Assembly: GCA_963665775.2 (NCBI GenBank)
Contig: CAXXTF010000001.1
Coordinates: forward strand, 576,001 to 640,000
Direction: 5' to 3'
Length of the DNA: 64,000 nt
Source: Dehalococcoidia bacterium
GTDB lineage: Bacteria; Chloroflexota; Dehalococcoidia; SM23-28-2; RBG-16-64-32
In this document: piece by piece, positions 18,714 through 31,283 of the stretch
Layout: each line of letters starts with the position of its first letter
How positions within the stretch are numbered: the stretch's first letter is position 1
Position numbers and translations under genes: made by a program
Notes under the pieces: model-generated
The model's database searches: none
What the model saw: the letters and a program-made list of their open reading frames with translations, nothing else
What the model was told of the DNA's origin: nothing

Positions 18714-18811
18714 CGCATTCCCTCCTTTGTCCTCGCTCGACAGCGCATCTCGCCAGAGGTCTGCTTGGTTCTACAGCGGTGCGCGGGTCCTCAGTCGTCC
18801 GTCCCCGGCGA

Positions 18812-19051
18812 TTAGCCCTCGTTCAGGCTCAGGAAATCCCGCATCGCCTCGCGCAGCTGCTGCCGGTGCTTCGGGTTGGCCAGCGTTAGCCCGTGGTGGT
18901 TGATCAGCCGCGCCGAGGTCTCCTGCCACTCCCGCCAGCACTCCCCGCACACGCTCTCCAACACCTTCTGGCCCGCGGGCCCACCCATCGGCGCCGACTC
19001 CAGTCCGTCCTTCTCCTCCTTGCACTTCGCACACGTGATCACGCTCGCCAT
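18812..19051 (-). CDS. Fe(II)-trafficking / oxidative damage protection protein (YggX-like)
   Basis: CAKC...GL...P..G..GQKVLESVC.ECW.EW......LIN...L. Confidence 0.8.
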   Translation of the reverse strand: MASVITCAKCKEEKDGLESAPMGGPAGQKVLESVCGECWREWQETSARLINHHGLTLANPKHRQQLREAMRDFLSLNEG

Positions 19052-19116
19052 GCTTACCTCCCTCCGTCAGTCATCCCCATTGTCCCACAGGACGGCCTGC
19101 CCTTGGCTCTCTCTTA

Positions 19117-20094
19117 CTACGTTTCATCAGCCCGTGTCGCCTCTTTCGGCAGCGCCATCTGTTCCGACGCCGCCGCCTCCGCCAGCGGCAGCTCCAGCTG
19201 ACCCCTGAAGCGCTCCACCGCCTTATCCACCTCGTCGTACTTGTTCTTGGCGTTCGTGAGGTGCCTCCCCAGCACCTCGTACTCCTGCTGAAACCGTCCG
19301 TAATCGTTTTTCAGCCGTCCTAAGCGGCCCAGAATCTTGTCGGCCTCGCGCTCCACGTGCATCCCGTTTAGCCCCTTAACGATCACCTGCAGGTAGGCGT
19401 AAAAGCTGTTCGGCGATACGGTGATCACCCGTCGCTCCAGCGCGTATCCCTGAATGCTGCCCCCGTCGAGTTCCATCTCCTCCTTCACGATCGTCTCGTA
19501 GTAAACGTTCTCGGCCGGTATGTACATGAGGGCGAAATCGAACGTACCCTCGTCCGGCCGGATATACTTAGCGACCGCGTCCACGTGCCCCCGGACGGCC
19601 CGCACGAACTTCCGCCGCAGCCGCGCCCGCTCCTCCTCCGTCTCCGCGGCGATCATCCTCGTGAAGCTCTCCAGGGGGAACTTGGCGTCCACCGGCACCT
19701 GGGCCACGCCAAGGTCGATCACAGCGTCCACCACCTCGCCGCTCTGGAAGCGGCGCTGAAACGTGTAGTTGGCCTCGGGCAGGATCTGGGCCAGCAGCCT
19801 TTCCAGGAGCATCTCGCCGAACTCGCCGCGCATCTTGGGCGGCTTCAGGATCTCCTGCAGGCTGGCGATGCTCTTCCCCACCTCTAGTATCCGTGTCGCG
19901 GAGGACCCGACGGCTTGCAGGTTCTCGCCCACCGTCTTCATGCGTTCGGCCGTGGCCTGGAGGTTCACGTCCAGCCGGCCGTCCATGCGATCCAGCCGCG
20001 CCTCCAGTCGGCGGCGGCTCTCACGGCTTTCGTACACGACCAGGGCCAGCAAACCGATTGCCAACACGATCACCACGATAGCGATTGTTGTCAC
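19117..20094 (-). CDS. rmuC: DNA recombination protein RmuC
   Basis: K.RGEFGE..LE, PVDAKFPL, KYI.P..GT.DFALMYIPAE, SPNSF. Confidence 0.92.
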   Translation of the reverse strand: MTTIAIVVIVLAIGLLALVVYESRESRRRLEARLDRMDGRLDVNLQATAERMKTVGENLQAVGSSATRILEVGKSIASLQEILKPPKMRGEFGEMLLERLLAQILPEANYTFQRRFQSGEVVDAVIDLGVAQVPVDAKFPLESFTRMIAAETEEERARLRRKFVRAVRGHVDAVAKYIRPDEGTFDFALMYIPAENVYYETIVKEEMELDGGSIQGYALERRVITVSPNSFYAYLQVIVKGLNGMHVEREADKILGRLGRLKNDYGRFQQEYEVLGRHLTNAKNKYDEVDKAVERFRGQLELPLAEAAASEQMALPKEATRADET

Positions 20095-20109
20095 GGCTGC
20101 GCCCCTTTC

Positions 20110-21735
20110 TCAGAACTCCCAGGCATCCCCGTATCCCAGCACCCTCACCTCGATCCCCGTGCCGCGCAGGTGCTCGGCGAAGTAGGCCGGGTTCTCCGTG
20201 TGGATCGGCACCAGCGTCTTGGGCCCGATCTCCCGCGCCAGGGTCAGCAGCTCATCGGCGCTGGCGTGCCCCGAGGCGTGCAGCCCTTGCTCCTCCTCCG
20301 GCAGCGCCGCGATCGCCTGCCCCGCCTCGTACGGCAGCCCCACCGACCGCAGATCGAAGTGCTCCAGCCAGTTGCGCAGCCGCCGGAAATCCATCTCCTG
20401 CTCCTCCGTGTACGCCTCGCTGGAGGAATACACGTATGTCCCGCCGTGCACATTGATATCGACCAGGTTCTTGGCGTCCCAGAAGCTGAAGCAGAGGACG
20501 TAGTCCCCCGGCGAGTTGTGCACCTGCCGCGCCGACACCAGCCGCTCGCCAAACCGGTTGCGCAGGTTCCGCTCCCACGGCTCCACGCTATAGCGGAGGT
20601 CCTCATACACCAGCATCTGCGCGCTGTTCGACAGCCCCGGCAGGGACGGCGCGGCCAGGCGCATCGCCTCCAGCAGGTAGGCGTCCTTGGCCAGGATCAC
20701 CAGCTGCCGCCCAGTCTGTCCGGCGATTGCCAGGAACGTCTCCAGCCGCTCGATGTTCCGCGGTCCGAAGTCGGCGATCACCAGGTTCTGCTCGGCCCGC
20801 ACCTGCCCCAGCGCCCGCTTGAATACGTCCTGCTCCGTGTAGCTGTGCTGATCCAGCTTGCTGGCCGCGCTGCCGGACGGTATGCGTGTGCCCTCGCAGA
20901 GGAGCAGCCGCGGTCGCAGCGATGCTACGGCGTCGATGAACCGCTCCGTGTCCGTCGCCCCGGCGCCGTGCCAGCGCACGTCCCCGGTGTACACCACCCA
21001 TCCCGCCGATGTCTCCACCGCCCAGGCCCCCGCCCCGTACACCGAGTGGTCCACCGGGAAGAAGCGCACCGGCAGCCCTCCCGCCCGTTCAGAGGAGGGC
21101 TGGGTCGGGGCCGGCGCCAGCCCCTTGCGGCGGGCGTTATCCTGCCCCAATACGTGGTTCGGGGAGCGATCCCAGAACTCCCGCGCCTCTTCGCCCAGCG
21201 TCTCCCGGTCGGCGAAGCAGAAGGGCCGCTGGTGGTAGCTCTCGCCGCGCACCGTCCGCAGATAGCCGCCGTCGTCCGCCCGCGGGCTGAGGTAGCACAC
21301 CTCCTTCTCGAAGTCCGCCATGCTGGAGTCCTGCATCGCCTTGGCGATGAACGCCGTCATGGCGCTGGCGTATACCGGCGTCTCCTCTCGCAGGAACGAG
21401 ATGTAGCCGGTGTGGTCCACGTGGGCGTGCGAGACCAGTACCCCGTCCACGCCGTCCAGCTCCCGGTAGCCGGGCCGCTCCCGACAGCGCTCCCAGGTCT
21501 CGCCGGGGGGCACCAGGTCCGGCCGGTAGAGCCCCTCCAGGGGCGGCAGCAGACCCATCTCCAGCAGGTCCAGCAGCCCTGCCCCGGGCCGCGGCCTCAG
21601 GTACTCCTCGAAATACAGGTCGCGGGTCTTGAACGTCGTCCCAAAGTCGAAGAACAGGCGAGACCCTTCGTCCTCCAGCAGGATCTTGTTGCCGCCGATC
21701 ATCTCGGCGCCGCCGTAGACGGTTACGGTGGGCAT
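20110..21735 (-). CDS. MBL-fold metallo-hydrolase, RNase J/beta-CASP-like
   Basis: GG...IGGN, SHAHVDH, VDHS, YTGD, EGT, HASGHA, PIHTE. Confidence 0.85.
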   Translation of the reverse strand: MPTVTVYGGAEMIGGNKILLEDEGSRLFFDFGTTFKTRDLYFEEYLRPRPGAGLLDLLEMGLLPPLEGLYRPDLVPPGETWERCRERPGYRELDGVDGVLVSHAHVDHTGYISFLREETPVYASAMTAFIAKAMQDSSMADFEKEVCYLSPRADDGGYLRTVRGESYHQRPFCFADRETLGEEAREFWDRSPNHVLGQDNARRKGLAPAPTQPSSERAGGLPVRFFPVDHSVYGAGAWAVETSAGWVVYTGDVRWHGAGATDTERFIDAVASLRPRLLLCEGTRIPSGSAASKLDQHSYTEQDVFKRALGQVRAEQNLVIADFGPRNIERLETFLAIAGQTGRQLVILAKDAYLLEAMRLAAPSLPGLSNSAQMLVYEDLRYSVEPWERNLRNRFGERLVSARQVHNSPGDYVLCFSFWDAKNLVDINVHGGTYVYSSSEAYTEEQEMDFRRLRNWLEHFDLRSVGLPYEAGQAIAALPEEEQGLHASGHASADELLTLAREIGPKTLVPIHTENPAYFAEHLRGTGIEVRVLGYGDAWEF

Positions 21736-21737
21736 GG

Positions 21738-22493
21738 CTACCCGCTCGATGCTTTGAGGACGGTTGGCCAGTCGATGCGGCCATCCTGTGCGAAACCCTC
21801 TCTAGCTTCCTGCAGGAGACGATTTCGCGCCGATCCCACATCTGCTCTGTAAAGCTGTCTGGCACAGGCAAGAGCGTCAAGCAGTTTACGATAGAAGTCA
21901 GTGTCTCCAGACAGCTTCTTCCATAGCTCCTTGCTTGAGAGCGTAATGATTCCCTGTCGCGGCGTCCCTGTCCGCTTTCTGCCGTACGCGAACCCAAAAA
22001 AAGGGTGCACGGCCACACCTCGCTCCTGCTGTAGTCGCGCTCTGGCGTTCGCGAGATCCTCACGTTGCCTCTTGAGGCTCGACGAGGTGTAACCTGCCGG
22101 TCCTGACTTGATGGCGTAAAGCTCCCCGGAATCCTCAAATCGTCTCTTCACATCCACTCCTTCAGCCGAAGATTTGATACAGCCAGGAAGCGCGGTCACC
22201 AGCCTCTCAAGTATCTTGCCGAATAGCCCCTCCACCGACGAGCTCACGAAGTCTGAGAGGGCCCGATCCACCAGATCATCAACGCTGTCGATCCCTATGG
22301 CTCTGTAGAGATAAGGATTCTTCCGGGAGATGAGCTTGCGGAAGGTTATAGTCTCAAGTTTGTCCGCTAGTGGTGTGAGGAAGTCGCGACGTAACGTCTG
22401 CACGAGGGCTCGCGCCAGCTCGCCGTCTTGCCCCAAGGCATCTTCTATACACCTGTAGATCGGGATGTCACTGTCCATCACCCATGTTTCCAA
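21738..22493 (-). CDS. Type II restriction endonuclease (EcoO109I/PmeII-like)
   Basis: RKNPYLYRA...SSSVEGLFG..LE...GVD...AIKSGP; coupled to MTase; lower GC. Confidence 0.75.
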   Translation of the reverse strand: METWVMDSDIPIYRCIEDALGQDGELARALVQTLRRDFLTPLADKLETITFRKLISRKNPYLYRAIGIDSVDDLVDRALSDFVSSSVEGLFGKILERLVTALPGCIKSSAEGVDVKRRFEDSGELYAIKSGPAGYTSSSLKRQREDLANARARLQQERGVAVHPFFGFAYGRKRTGTPRQGIITLSSKELWKKLSGDTDFYRKLLDALACARQLYRADVGSARNRLLQEAREGFAQDGRIDWPTVLKASSG

Positions 22494-23674
22494 ATCAGGA
22501 TGCTCTCAAAGAAGTCATCTGCTCGGCGACCAGTTCTACGGTTAACATGGCGGAGCAGCTTAGTTTCCTTCCGCAGCCCCAACCGCTCTTGGATTTCAGG
22601 GTATAGATTGGCCTTGTCGTTCACCACGATAATCATCCGGCCCTTCGGGGATAGCGCCTTCTTCACGTTCTCGAGGCTTGCAACGATCGATTCAACGTAA
22701 GCCTTCTTCGCGTTACCTGAATGGCCGTTCATGGCCGGTCCTATTTCTTTGTCCGCTTGCCAGGGCAATCCTAGAAGCTCAAAAGCGTAACGGTGCTGCT
22801 TGTGATAGTCGATAAGGCCTACGTAAGGCGGCGATGTCAGTACCAAATCACATTCAGGGAATTCGACCTCTCGTGCGTCCCCCTGAATCATCGTAACGCT
22901 TGCTCCGGTCTGTATCTCCGCGAACTCCTTGATTCGCCGGATAGTGTCGTGGCTGTATCGGCGGAGGAACTGGTCGGCAGTCCGTGTAGGCTCGCACGTG
23001 CGGCTGTGCTTGTAGCAATAGTACGAGTCTTGCTGAGGTGTCTTTGGGAAGTCCAAGTCAAATTGCGTCGTAAGGCGTGCGGAACGGGCGGCCCTCGAGA
23101 GAATGACTTTCAGTACGTCTTGATGCTTGTAGTCTTGAATCATATCTCTGTATAGAAGAAGGCTTTCAAGTGCCTTAGGCGCAAACCAGTTCACCAGGTA
23201 CTCGTTGGTGTTATAGAGCCCTCGCTCCTCCAACAGCTTTTTCTGAATCTCTCCGGTGCTCCGGGCACAGATATCCCGTATATCGCGCGCAAGAAGCTCA
23301 AGATCGTATTCCCCTGTCTTTACCTTAGTGAGGAGACAGTTGAATACAGATATGTCACAGCCCACAGAATCAATGCCCAGCGCCAGAGCTTCTACCAACG
23401 TGGTGCCGGAGCCAGAAAACGGATCACACACCACGCTAGGCCGGTACTTGCGGAGGAATATCTCAACCAGCTGTGGAACGAACTTGCCGAGATACGGGTG
23501 CAATCTATGCACGTGCTTTGTCCGCGCACGCTCTGGGAGATCCCGTTCGGTCCAGCTCAAGTTAAGAGAACTTAGCTTGGTCCTCCGTGTTACTGAAGCG
23601 AAGTCCGTGAACGGAAGAAGCGGATACTGCGCACCTTGCGAGGAAAGGGATTTCCTTGCAGCGGCGAGTGTCAC
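22478..23674 (-). CDS. DNA amino-methyltransferase (probable m4C)
   Basis: HPYLGKF.P, motif I DPFSGSGTT, motif IV TSPPY. Confidence 0.88.
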   Translation of the reverse strand: MTLAAARKSLSSQGAQYPLLPFTDFASVTRRTKLSSLNLSWTERDLPERARTKHVHRLHPYLGKFVPQLVEIFLRKYRPSVVCDPFSGSGTTLVEALALGIDSVGCDISVFNCLLTKVKTGEYDLELLARDIRDICARSTGEIQKKLLEERGLYNTNEYLVNWFAPKALESLLLYRDMIQDYKHQDVLKVILSRAARSARLTTQFDLDFPKTPQQDSYYCYKHSRTCEPTRTADQFLRRYSHDTIRRIKEFAEIQTGASVTMIQGDAREVEFPECDLVLTSPPYVGLIDYHKQHRYAFELLGLPWQADKEIGPAMNGHSGNAKKAYVESIVASLENVKKALSPKGRMIIVVNDKANLYPEIQERLGLRKETKLLRHVNRRTGRRADDFFESILIWKHG

Positions 23675-23761
23675 TGTGCTCTTCCTCCTTTACTCTCGAA
23701 CGCTTATTCTATCACCACCGTCAACTCCTGGCTACGGCCGGGCAGCCCGCGCCGCAACCCG

Positions 23762-25078
23762 TCAACCCGCGTCCAGCCTCTCCCGCAGCGCCGTCACCAG
23801 GTTCGCGATCGGCACCCGCGCCTGCTCCATCGTGTCCCGCTCGCGGATCGTCACCGCCTCGTCCTCCAGCGTATCGAAGTCCACGGTCACGGCCAGCGGC
23901 GTCCCGATCTCGTCCTGCCGCCGGTAGCGCCGGCCGATGCTCTGGGCGTCGTCGTACTGCGTCATAAAGTGCGGCCTCAGCAGCTCCCACACCCGTCGCG
24001 CCGGCGGCACCAGCCGCTCATTGCGCGAGAGGGGCAGCACCGCCACCTTCACCGGTGCCAGCTCCGGCTTCAGGCGCAGCAGCGTCCGCTTCTCCCCCCG
24101 CACCTCCTCCTCCACGTAGGAGTCGATGAGCACCGTCAGGAAGCAGCGGTCCACCCCCATGGACGGCTCGATGACGTAGGGCACCACATGCTGGCCGGAC
24201 GCCTCATCGAAGTAGCTCAGGGTCCGCCCGGCGAACTCCTCGTGCCGCTTCAGATCGAAGTCCGTCCGGTTGGCGACCCCCTCTATCTCCGAGAAACCGC
24301 CGAAGGGAAAGTCGTACTCGATGTCCACCGTCCGCTTGGCGTAGTGCGATAGCTCCTCCGCGGAGTGCTCGCGGATGCGCAGGTTCTCTGGGCGAACGCC
24401 CAGCCCCTGCCACCAGTCGAACCGCTCCTGGATCCAGCGCTCGTGCCACTCCTCGTCGGAGCCCGGCATGACGAAGTACTCGATCTCCATCTGCTCGAAC
24501 TCACGGTCCCGGAAGATGAAGTTGCCGGGCGTGATCTCGTTCCGGAACGCCTTGCCGATCTGGGCGATGCCGAAGGGGAGCTTCTTGCGCATACTCGTCA
24601 TCACGTTGTCGAAGTTGACGAAGATCCCCTGCGCCGTCTCCGGCCGCAGGTAGGCGACGGACGCCTCGTCCTCCACTGGGCCCACGAAGGTCCGGAACAT
24701 CAGGTTGAACATGCGGGGCTCTGTCAGCTCGCCGCCGCACTCTGGGCAGCGCTGGTCGGTCGTATCCCCCAACTCGTCGGCCCGGAAGCGGCGCTTGCAG
24801 GACTTGCAGTCCACCATGGGGTCGGCGAAGGTGTCCACGTGGCCGCTGGCCACCCACGTCTTGGGGTTCATGATGATCGACGCGTCCAGCCCCACGACGT
24901 CGTCCCGCTGCTGGACGGTGGCCTTCCACCAGGCGCTCTTGATGTTGTTCTTCAGCTCGACGCCCAGGGGGCCGTAGTCCCAGAAGCCGCCGATGCCGCC
25001 GTAGATCTCGCTGCTCTGGAAGACGAATCCCCGCCGTTTGCAGAGGGAGACGAACGTTTCCATCGACTGCTGGTTCAT
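23762..25078 (-). CDS. glyQS: Glycine--tRNA ligase (alpha2 type)
   Basis: [58 protein letters not shown]. Confidence 0.97.
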   Translation of the reverse strand: MNQQSMETFVSLCKRRGFVFQSSEIYGGIGGFWDYGPLGVELKNNIKSAWWKATVQQRDDVVGLDASIIMNPKTWVASGHVDTFADPMVDCKSCKRRFRADELGDTTDQRCPECGGELTEPRMFNLMFRTFVGPVEDEASVAYLRPETAQGIFVNFDNVMTSMRKKLPFGIAQIGKAFRNEITPGNFIFRDREFEQMEIEYFVMPGSDEEWHERWIQERFDWWQGLGVRPENLRIREHSAEELSHYAKRTVDIEYDFPFGGFSEIEGVANRTDFDLKRHEEFAGRTLSYFDEASGQHVVPYVIEPSMGVDRCFLTVLIDSYVEEEVRGEKRTLLRLKPELAPVKVAVLPLSRNERLVPPARRVWELLRPHFMTQYDDAQSIGRRYRRQDEIGTPLAVTVDFDTLEDEAVTIRERDTMEQARVPIANLVTALRERLDAG

Positions 25079-25278
25079 ATGCGCACCTGACTGAACGGTT
25101 AGGGGGTGGGTTAGCTGCAAGTTAGCAGCTTGCTTGCGCCAAGTCAAAGCGATCGGCCTCTTGGCATCGGCCCGGCTTTCTTGACACCCTCATGGGCCGG
25201 TGCTAGCATCGACTCGCGTCAAAAATCTATCTGTTTCTCTTCCCCCAGCGGCTGGCACCAAAGTACTGGAGATAGGCA

Positions 25279-25425
25279 ATGCGGTTTATTCTGGGTCTCC
25301 TCTTGGGCATCTCGTTGGGTGCTAGTATGGGGTTATTGGTGGCGCCCCAGCAGGGCAGCGAGAACCGCCGGGTCCTGCGACAGAGGATGCAGCGCCACCA
25401 CGAAGAGGTAGAAGAGCCGCTCTAG
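25279..25425 (+). CDS. YtxH-like small protein, 48 aa (not in ORF track)
   Basis: MRFILGLLLGISLGASMGLLVAPQQGSENRR; GGAG RBS; TTGACA-17-TAGCAT promoter upstream. Confidence 0.75.
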   Translation: MRFILGLLLGISLGASMGLLVAPQQGSENRRVLRQRMQRHHEEVEEPL

Positions 25426-25457
25426 GCGCACAGCCAGCGAGCGGGGATCGAGGGCCC

Positions 25458-25799
25458 TTGGTGCAGCCGGAACAGAAACTCCTAGTCGTAATTGCTTCCA
25501 GCGAGGACGCTGATCCCCTTATCCAGAAGCTGGTGCAGCGGGGCTACCCGGCCACCAAGGTGAGCAGCACCGGTGGCTTCCTCCGCCACGGCAATGTAAC
25601 CATCCTCTCCGGCGTCGACGCTGACGATGTCGAGAACGTCCTGGCCATTATCCGTAGCGAGTGCACGGCCCGTACCGAGCTGGTGCCCGCTCAAGCTTTG
25701 CCTTTCCTCGAGAGTCTCCAGCCGACAGAGCCGGTAGAGGTTCGAGTCGGCGGGGCGATCGTGTTCGTGCTGCCGGTGGAGCGCTTCGAGAAGACGTAG
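25458..25799 (+). CDS. darA: Cyclic di-AMP receptor, PII-like (DarA/PstA, DUF970)
   Basis: KLLVVI, TKVSSTGGFLR.GN.T, EVRVGGAIVFVL.VE.F. Confidence 0.9.
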   Translation: MVQPEQKLLVVIASSEDADPLIQKLVQRGYPATKVSSTGGFLRHGNVTILSGVDADDVENVLAIIRSECTARTELVPAQALPFLESLQPTEPVEVRVGGAIVFVLPVERFEKT

Positions 25800-25897
25800 A
25801 GCGCCTACGCCTCGCCCCTAAGCCGTCGTAGCCAGGGGTCAGCGCCCTATATTTCGGCGCCTGCGGCCCGTACATACCAGACAGAGAGTGGGCGCCG

Positions 25898-27976
<2,079 letters not shown>

Positions 27977-28222
27977 CGGTTAGCGCCCTCCCCAGCGGTC
28001 CGCGCCTGCGTCATGGCGGTGAAGGATCGATGACACTAGTTCCATATTTCACTAAACCTCCGACGGGCAGTCTATCAGAGCCCCTTCCTCCAAATCAAGG
28101 GAGCTGACGAGCAGCCTGCGGGAAGGCGACTGTCGGCACGACTACCCCATCTGGAAGTGGGGTGTGGGCAGCGGCCTAGGGGTGCGGACTCTCTATCCTA
28201 ATCGGCGCGGCGATGACACTGG

Positions 28223-28299
28223 TGGTGCCCCCGGCGGGATTCGAACCCGCGGTCTCCACCTTGAAAGGGTGGCGTCCTGGGCCTCTAGACGACGGGGGC
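28223..28299 (-). tRNA. tRNA-Glu(TTC)
   Basis: Cloverleaf with anticodon arm CCACC-ctTTCaa-GGTGG, GGTTCGAATCC, CCA end. Confidence 0.95.
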
Positions 28300-28418
28300 T
28301 CTAGAGGCATTCTAGGCTAAGCGAAGAGCTGCGGCAAACGCAGTGGCACCGGGAGCGGATGGGTTGGCCGGCTTGGGATATCCACCTCTTTGCCGATGGC
28401 GGGCCGCCAGCTGCCGTG

Positions 28419-30236
28419 TTATTTCAGCCAGCTTGTGATGATGGGCCTAACGTCCAGGACGCGGATGTATGCCGCTTCCAGGACTTCACCGTCGCCCGGC
28501 TGGCCCCAGATCAGGGCGCGCTCGCCTACTTTCGCCTGACCGAATACGTGTGCGCTCTCGCCAACATGGATCCGGGCGACCCCCACGGTCCAGAAGTCAC
28601 CATCGATTTCGGTGATGAGGCCCTCAAGGCGGGCGATTCTGTCCTTCGTCGTCGACTCCAGTATCGTGGACTGCAGTGCGACGATGACGTCATCCTGTCG
28701 CTCGGCGTCGATGGCCACGAGGCTGCCCCGGGCCGGCGCATCTCTTCCAGCAGGGGGCGCAACTCGCAGACCACTCACGAGCCAGTAGCCTCCCTCTCGG
28801 CCCTGGTAGACACCGGTCAGATGGATCGATATCGACCCCGCCTTGGCGTCGGAGGCAAGGATAATCACCCGCTCCGCCAACAGACGTTCCCCATGATTGA
28901 TCGCCTCCACGCGTGCCCATGCCCCATTCTCGATGTTCCCACCCCTGACATCGAAGACGGTTGTTGGAGTGAGGGTGAAAGTAATGCCGCCGATAATATA
29001 TTCGCTGGCGTACGCGGCGGCACTGGCCGTCCCCTCGATGATCCCTTCGTAGGCCAGGGTTGGCTGGCTGGTTGGATCGTCCTCAGTTTCCACGGCCTTC
29101 ACGTTAGAAGCCACAACTCCGGCCTCTCCCGTGTTGGCGGTGATTTGGACCCGCTGCCCCTCCTGCGGCTTGGTCTGCAGAAGGGTTTCGGATGTGATTA
29201 TGAACCTCTGTCCACCCACCACGATCTCGTCCTCCAGGATCTGCTCCACGGCCCCGGAGACGAGAGTCCCCGATTCCGGAACGGAATCCTCAACGGCGGC
29301 GAGGCTAAGGGCCTGAAGGCGCCCGTCGGCGCCGCGGGCCACGACGAGATTCGCCATGCCCCCCGGTATCAGATCGGCGTGGCCGAAGGTCCGCTCGTCG
29401 ATGCGCACCTCGAAGCCGCCGACCTGCCAGATGCCATCGCTGCCCGGTTGGACCGGCCCCGAGATGGTTATGATGCCCCCGGACAGATCCTCTGGCGCCA
29501 GGGAGACCTGAGACCGAGAGCCGCCCAGCCGCGTGTTGTGGAGGGTGGCCACCACTTCCCCGTACTCATCGATTGCGGAGGTAGATACTATCTGCCTGAC
29601 CGCCAGCAGAAGCTCCTCCTGGGCCTCGGACTGTGACAGCAACCTTTCTATCAGGGGGCTCTGCGGCGGCTGTTCCTCAACAATGCGGGCGGCTCTTTCA
29701 TTGCGATCCTTCAGGGCTGACAGGACATTGCCGGGAATCGCCTTGCCCCTCTGAACCATCTCCACTATCTCCGCTGTGCGCTCGTCGGACTGGTCGAGGA
29801 GTATCTCAGCCCTGCCGGTGTCGTCGAACGCGAACCAGAGGCGGACGTCCTCTGTGGCCAGCTTGATGCGATAGAGGGGGCCGTCCGGCAGGCTGTCCTG
29901 GGACGCGTAGGCGACACCGCCGGTAGCGGCCAGGAGGGCCAGCACCAGCGAGGCGGCGAGAGCCACCGGTCGGAGCCAGGGGAAGCTGAGGCTAGGGAAG
30001 CGCCGACCGCGGCGCGGCTCCCGAGCCCGCTGCCGCACTCGATCCCAGGCGATCTCCTGCGCCCGGGGCCGGGGCCCGGCCGCAGGCGTCTGGCTAACGC
30101 GCTGGGCCAGCGTGAGGAGGGGTCGCAATCGCTCTTCGTGCCTGGGATAACGGGAGATGCACGCCTCTATGCTTTCGCCTTGCCGTACCGCTGTCAGGCA
30201 CTCGTCCAGGATGGACCGGAAGCGTCGGACCGGCAT
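28419..30236 (-). CDS. DUF5667 + repeated DUF5666 domain protein, probable anti-sigma factor
   Basis: N-term LDECL...C..RYP....LRPLL, TM helix, SLPDGPLY.IKLA.E, repeated G.V/I...W.VGG modules; follows ECF sigma. Confidence 0.8.
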   Translation of the reverse strand: MPVRRFRSILDECLTAVRQGESIEACISRYPRHEERLRPLLTLAQRVSQTPAAGPRPRAQEIAWDRVRQRAREPRRGRRFPSLSFPWLRPVALAASLVLALLAATGGVAYASQDSLPDGPLYRIKLATEDVRLWFAFDDTGRAEILLDQSDERTAEIVEMVQRGKAIPGNVLSALKDRNERAARIVEEQPPQSPLIERLLSQSEAQEELLLAVRQIVSTSAIDEYGEVVATLHNTRLGGSRSQVSLAPEDLSGGIITISGPVQPGSDGIWQVGGFEVRIDERTFGHADLIPGGMANLVVARGADGRLQALSLAAVEDSVPESGTLVSGAVEQILEDEIVVGGQRFIITSETLLQTKPQEGQRVQITANTGEAGVVASNVKAVETEDDPTSQPTLAYEGIIEGTASAAAYASEYIIGGITFTLTPTTVFDVRGGNIENGAWARVEAINHGERLLAERVIILASDAKAGSISIHLTGVYQGREGGYWLVSGLRVAPPAGRDAPARGSLVAIDAERQDDVIVALQSTILESTTKDRIARLEGLITEIDGDFWTVGVARIHVGESAHVFGQAKVGERALIWGQPGDGEVLEAAYIRVLDVRPIITSWLK

Positions 30237-30237
30237 C

Positions 30238-30870
30238 CTAGCGCTCCCCCCGGACGAGGACCCGCCGCAGAGCGATCAGGGCCCGGTGCTGAAGGGATTT
30301 GATGGCGCCCTCGCTGCGGCCCAAGATGCGGCCCACGGAGCGGTTATCGAACCCCTGGATGAACTTGAGGACGATCACCTGTCGTTGCTCATCGGTAAGG
30401 TACTTGAGGGCCAGCTGTATCTGGCCGCGGTCCAGGGCCCGCTCCGCTAGCGACTGCGGGTTCGCCAGGCTGCTGGCCAGGGTCTCGCTCAGATCGACCT
30501 CGCCGCGGCGCTGGCGCCGACGGTGGAGGTCGATGAGCCGATTACGGGCGATGCGAAATACCCAGGCACCGAAGGGCAACCCCTTGAAGCGATAGCCGTT
30601 GATCGACTCGATCATCTTTAGCATCACATCGGAGGCCAGGTCTTCGGCGGCCTGTACGTCGCCCATCTGCATGAAGGCGTAGCTGTAGATCTTGGGATGG
30701 TAGGTCTGGTACAGCGATGCCAGAGCGGCCTCGTCGTACTGCTGGGCGAGACGGACGAGGCGCCATTCCTCTTCCTGGGCATGGGCTTTCGCCTCCCGCT
30801 CAGCCGAGTCGGTTGCCACAGGTATACCCTGGGACTTCTCGATGGAGCCGCTCAAGGTATTTGTCCACAT
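30238..30870 (-). CDS. ECF RNA polymerase sigma factor
   Basis: AEDLASDV, FGAWVFRIARN, GRSEGAIKSLQHRAL. Confidence 0.93.
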   Translation of the reverse strand: MWTNTLSGSIEKSQGIPVATDSAEREAKAHAQEEEWRLVRLAQQYDEAALASLYQTYHPKIYSYAFMQMGDVQAAEDLASDVMLKMIESINGYRFKGLPFGAWVFRIARNRLIDLHRRRQRRGEVDLSETLASSLANPQSLAERALDRGQIQLALKYLTDEQRQVIVLKFIQGFDNRSVGRILGRSEGAIKSLQHRALIALRRVLVRGER

Positions 30871-30945
30871 GGCCGCACGACCAACCTAAGCAGTACAACG
30901 TGCGCCGAATGGAGAAGATACGGCAGGGGTTTCATCAGGAAGATG

Positions 30946-31143
30946 CTACTCCTCCGCGGACAGGCCCAGGAGGCGACGTCTGGCCCGATCGTAGCGCTCT
31001 TTGGCGCGGGCCTCGCGGTTCAGCAGGCCCTTGAGTGCGGGCGGCTCCCTCTTCTCTCCTTGGAGCAGGACCCGGTGCAGGGCCTGAAGCTGCTTTTGCC
31101 ACTCCTCGTAGGACTTCACATATTCACCCTTTAGATCGTCCAT
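30946..31143 (-). CDS. Small hypothetical protein
   Basis: Helical 65-aa ORF (KGLLNREARAKERYDRARRRLLG). Confidence 0.6.
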   Translation of the reverse strand: MDDLKGEYVKSYEEWQKQLQALHRVLLQGEKREPPALKGLLNREARAKERYDRARRRLLGLSAEE

Positions 31144-31283
31144 GAGGCACCCCGCTCTCCGTCCCATCCTAACGCGCGTCGGCGATTTACGATAGGGAGT
31201 GCACCCGGTGTTCCTGCCGGTGGCCCTGCCGAGTTCCCTGAAGAATGGACGCCCCCTCTCTCCGTTGAAGGTGAGATGCCGGC

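Noticed and set aside
19915-21852. 645-aa + strand ORF and similar long antisense ORFs (e.g. 26903-28033, 28359-29636, 59861-61093, 62900-63892)
   Set aside because: Shadow frames of well-identified high-GC genes, with no motifs
28037-28054. Possible Rex box upstream of hppA (TAGTGAAATATGGAACTA)
   Set aside because: Five mismatches to TTGTGAA-N4-TTCACAA; too weak
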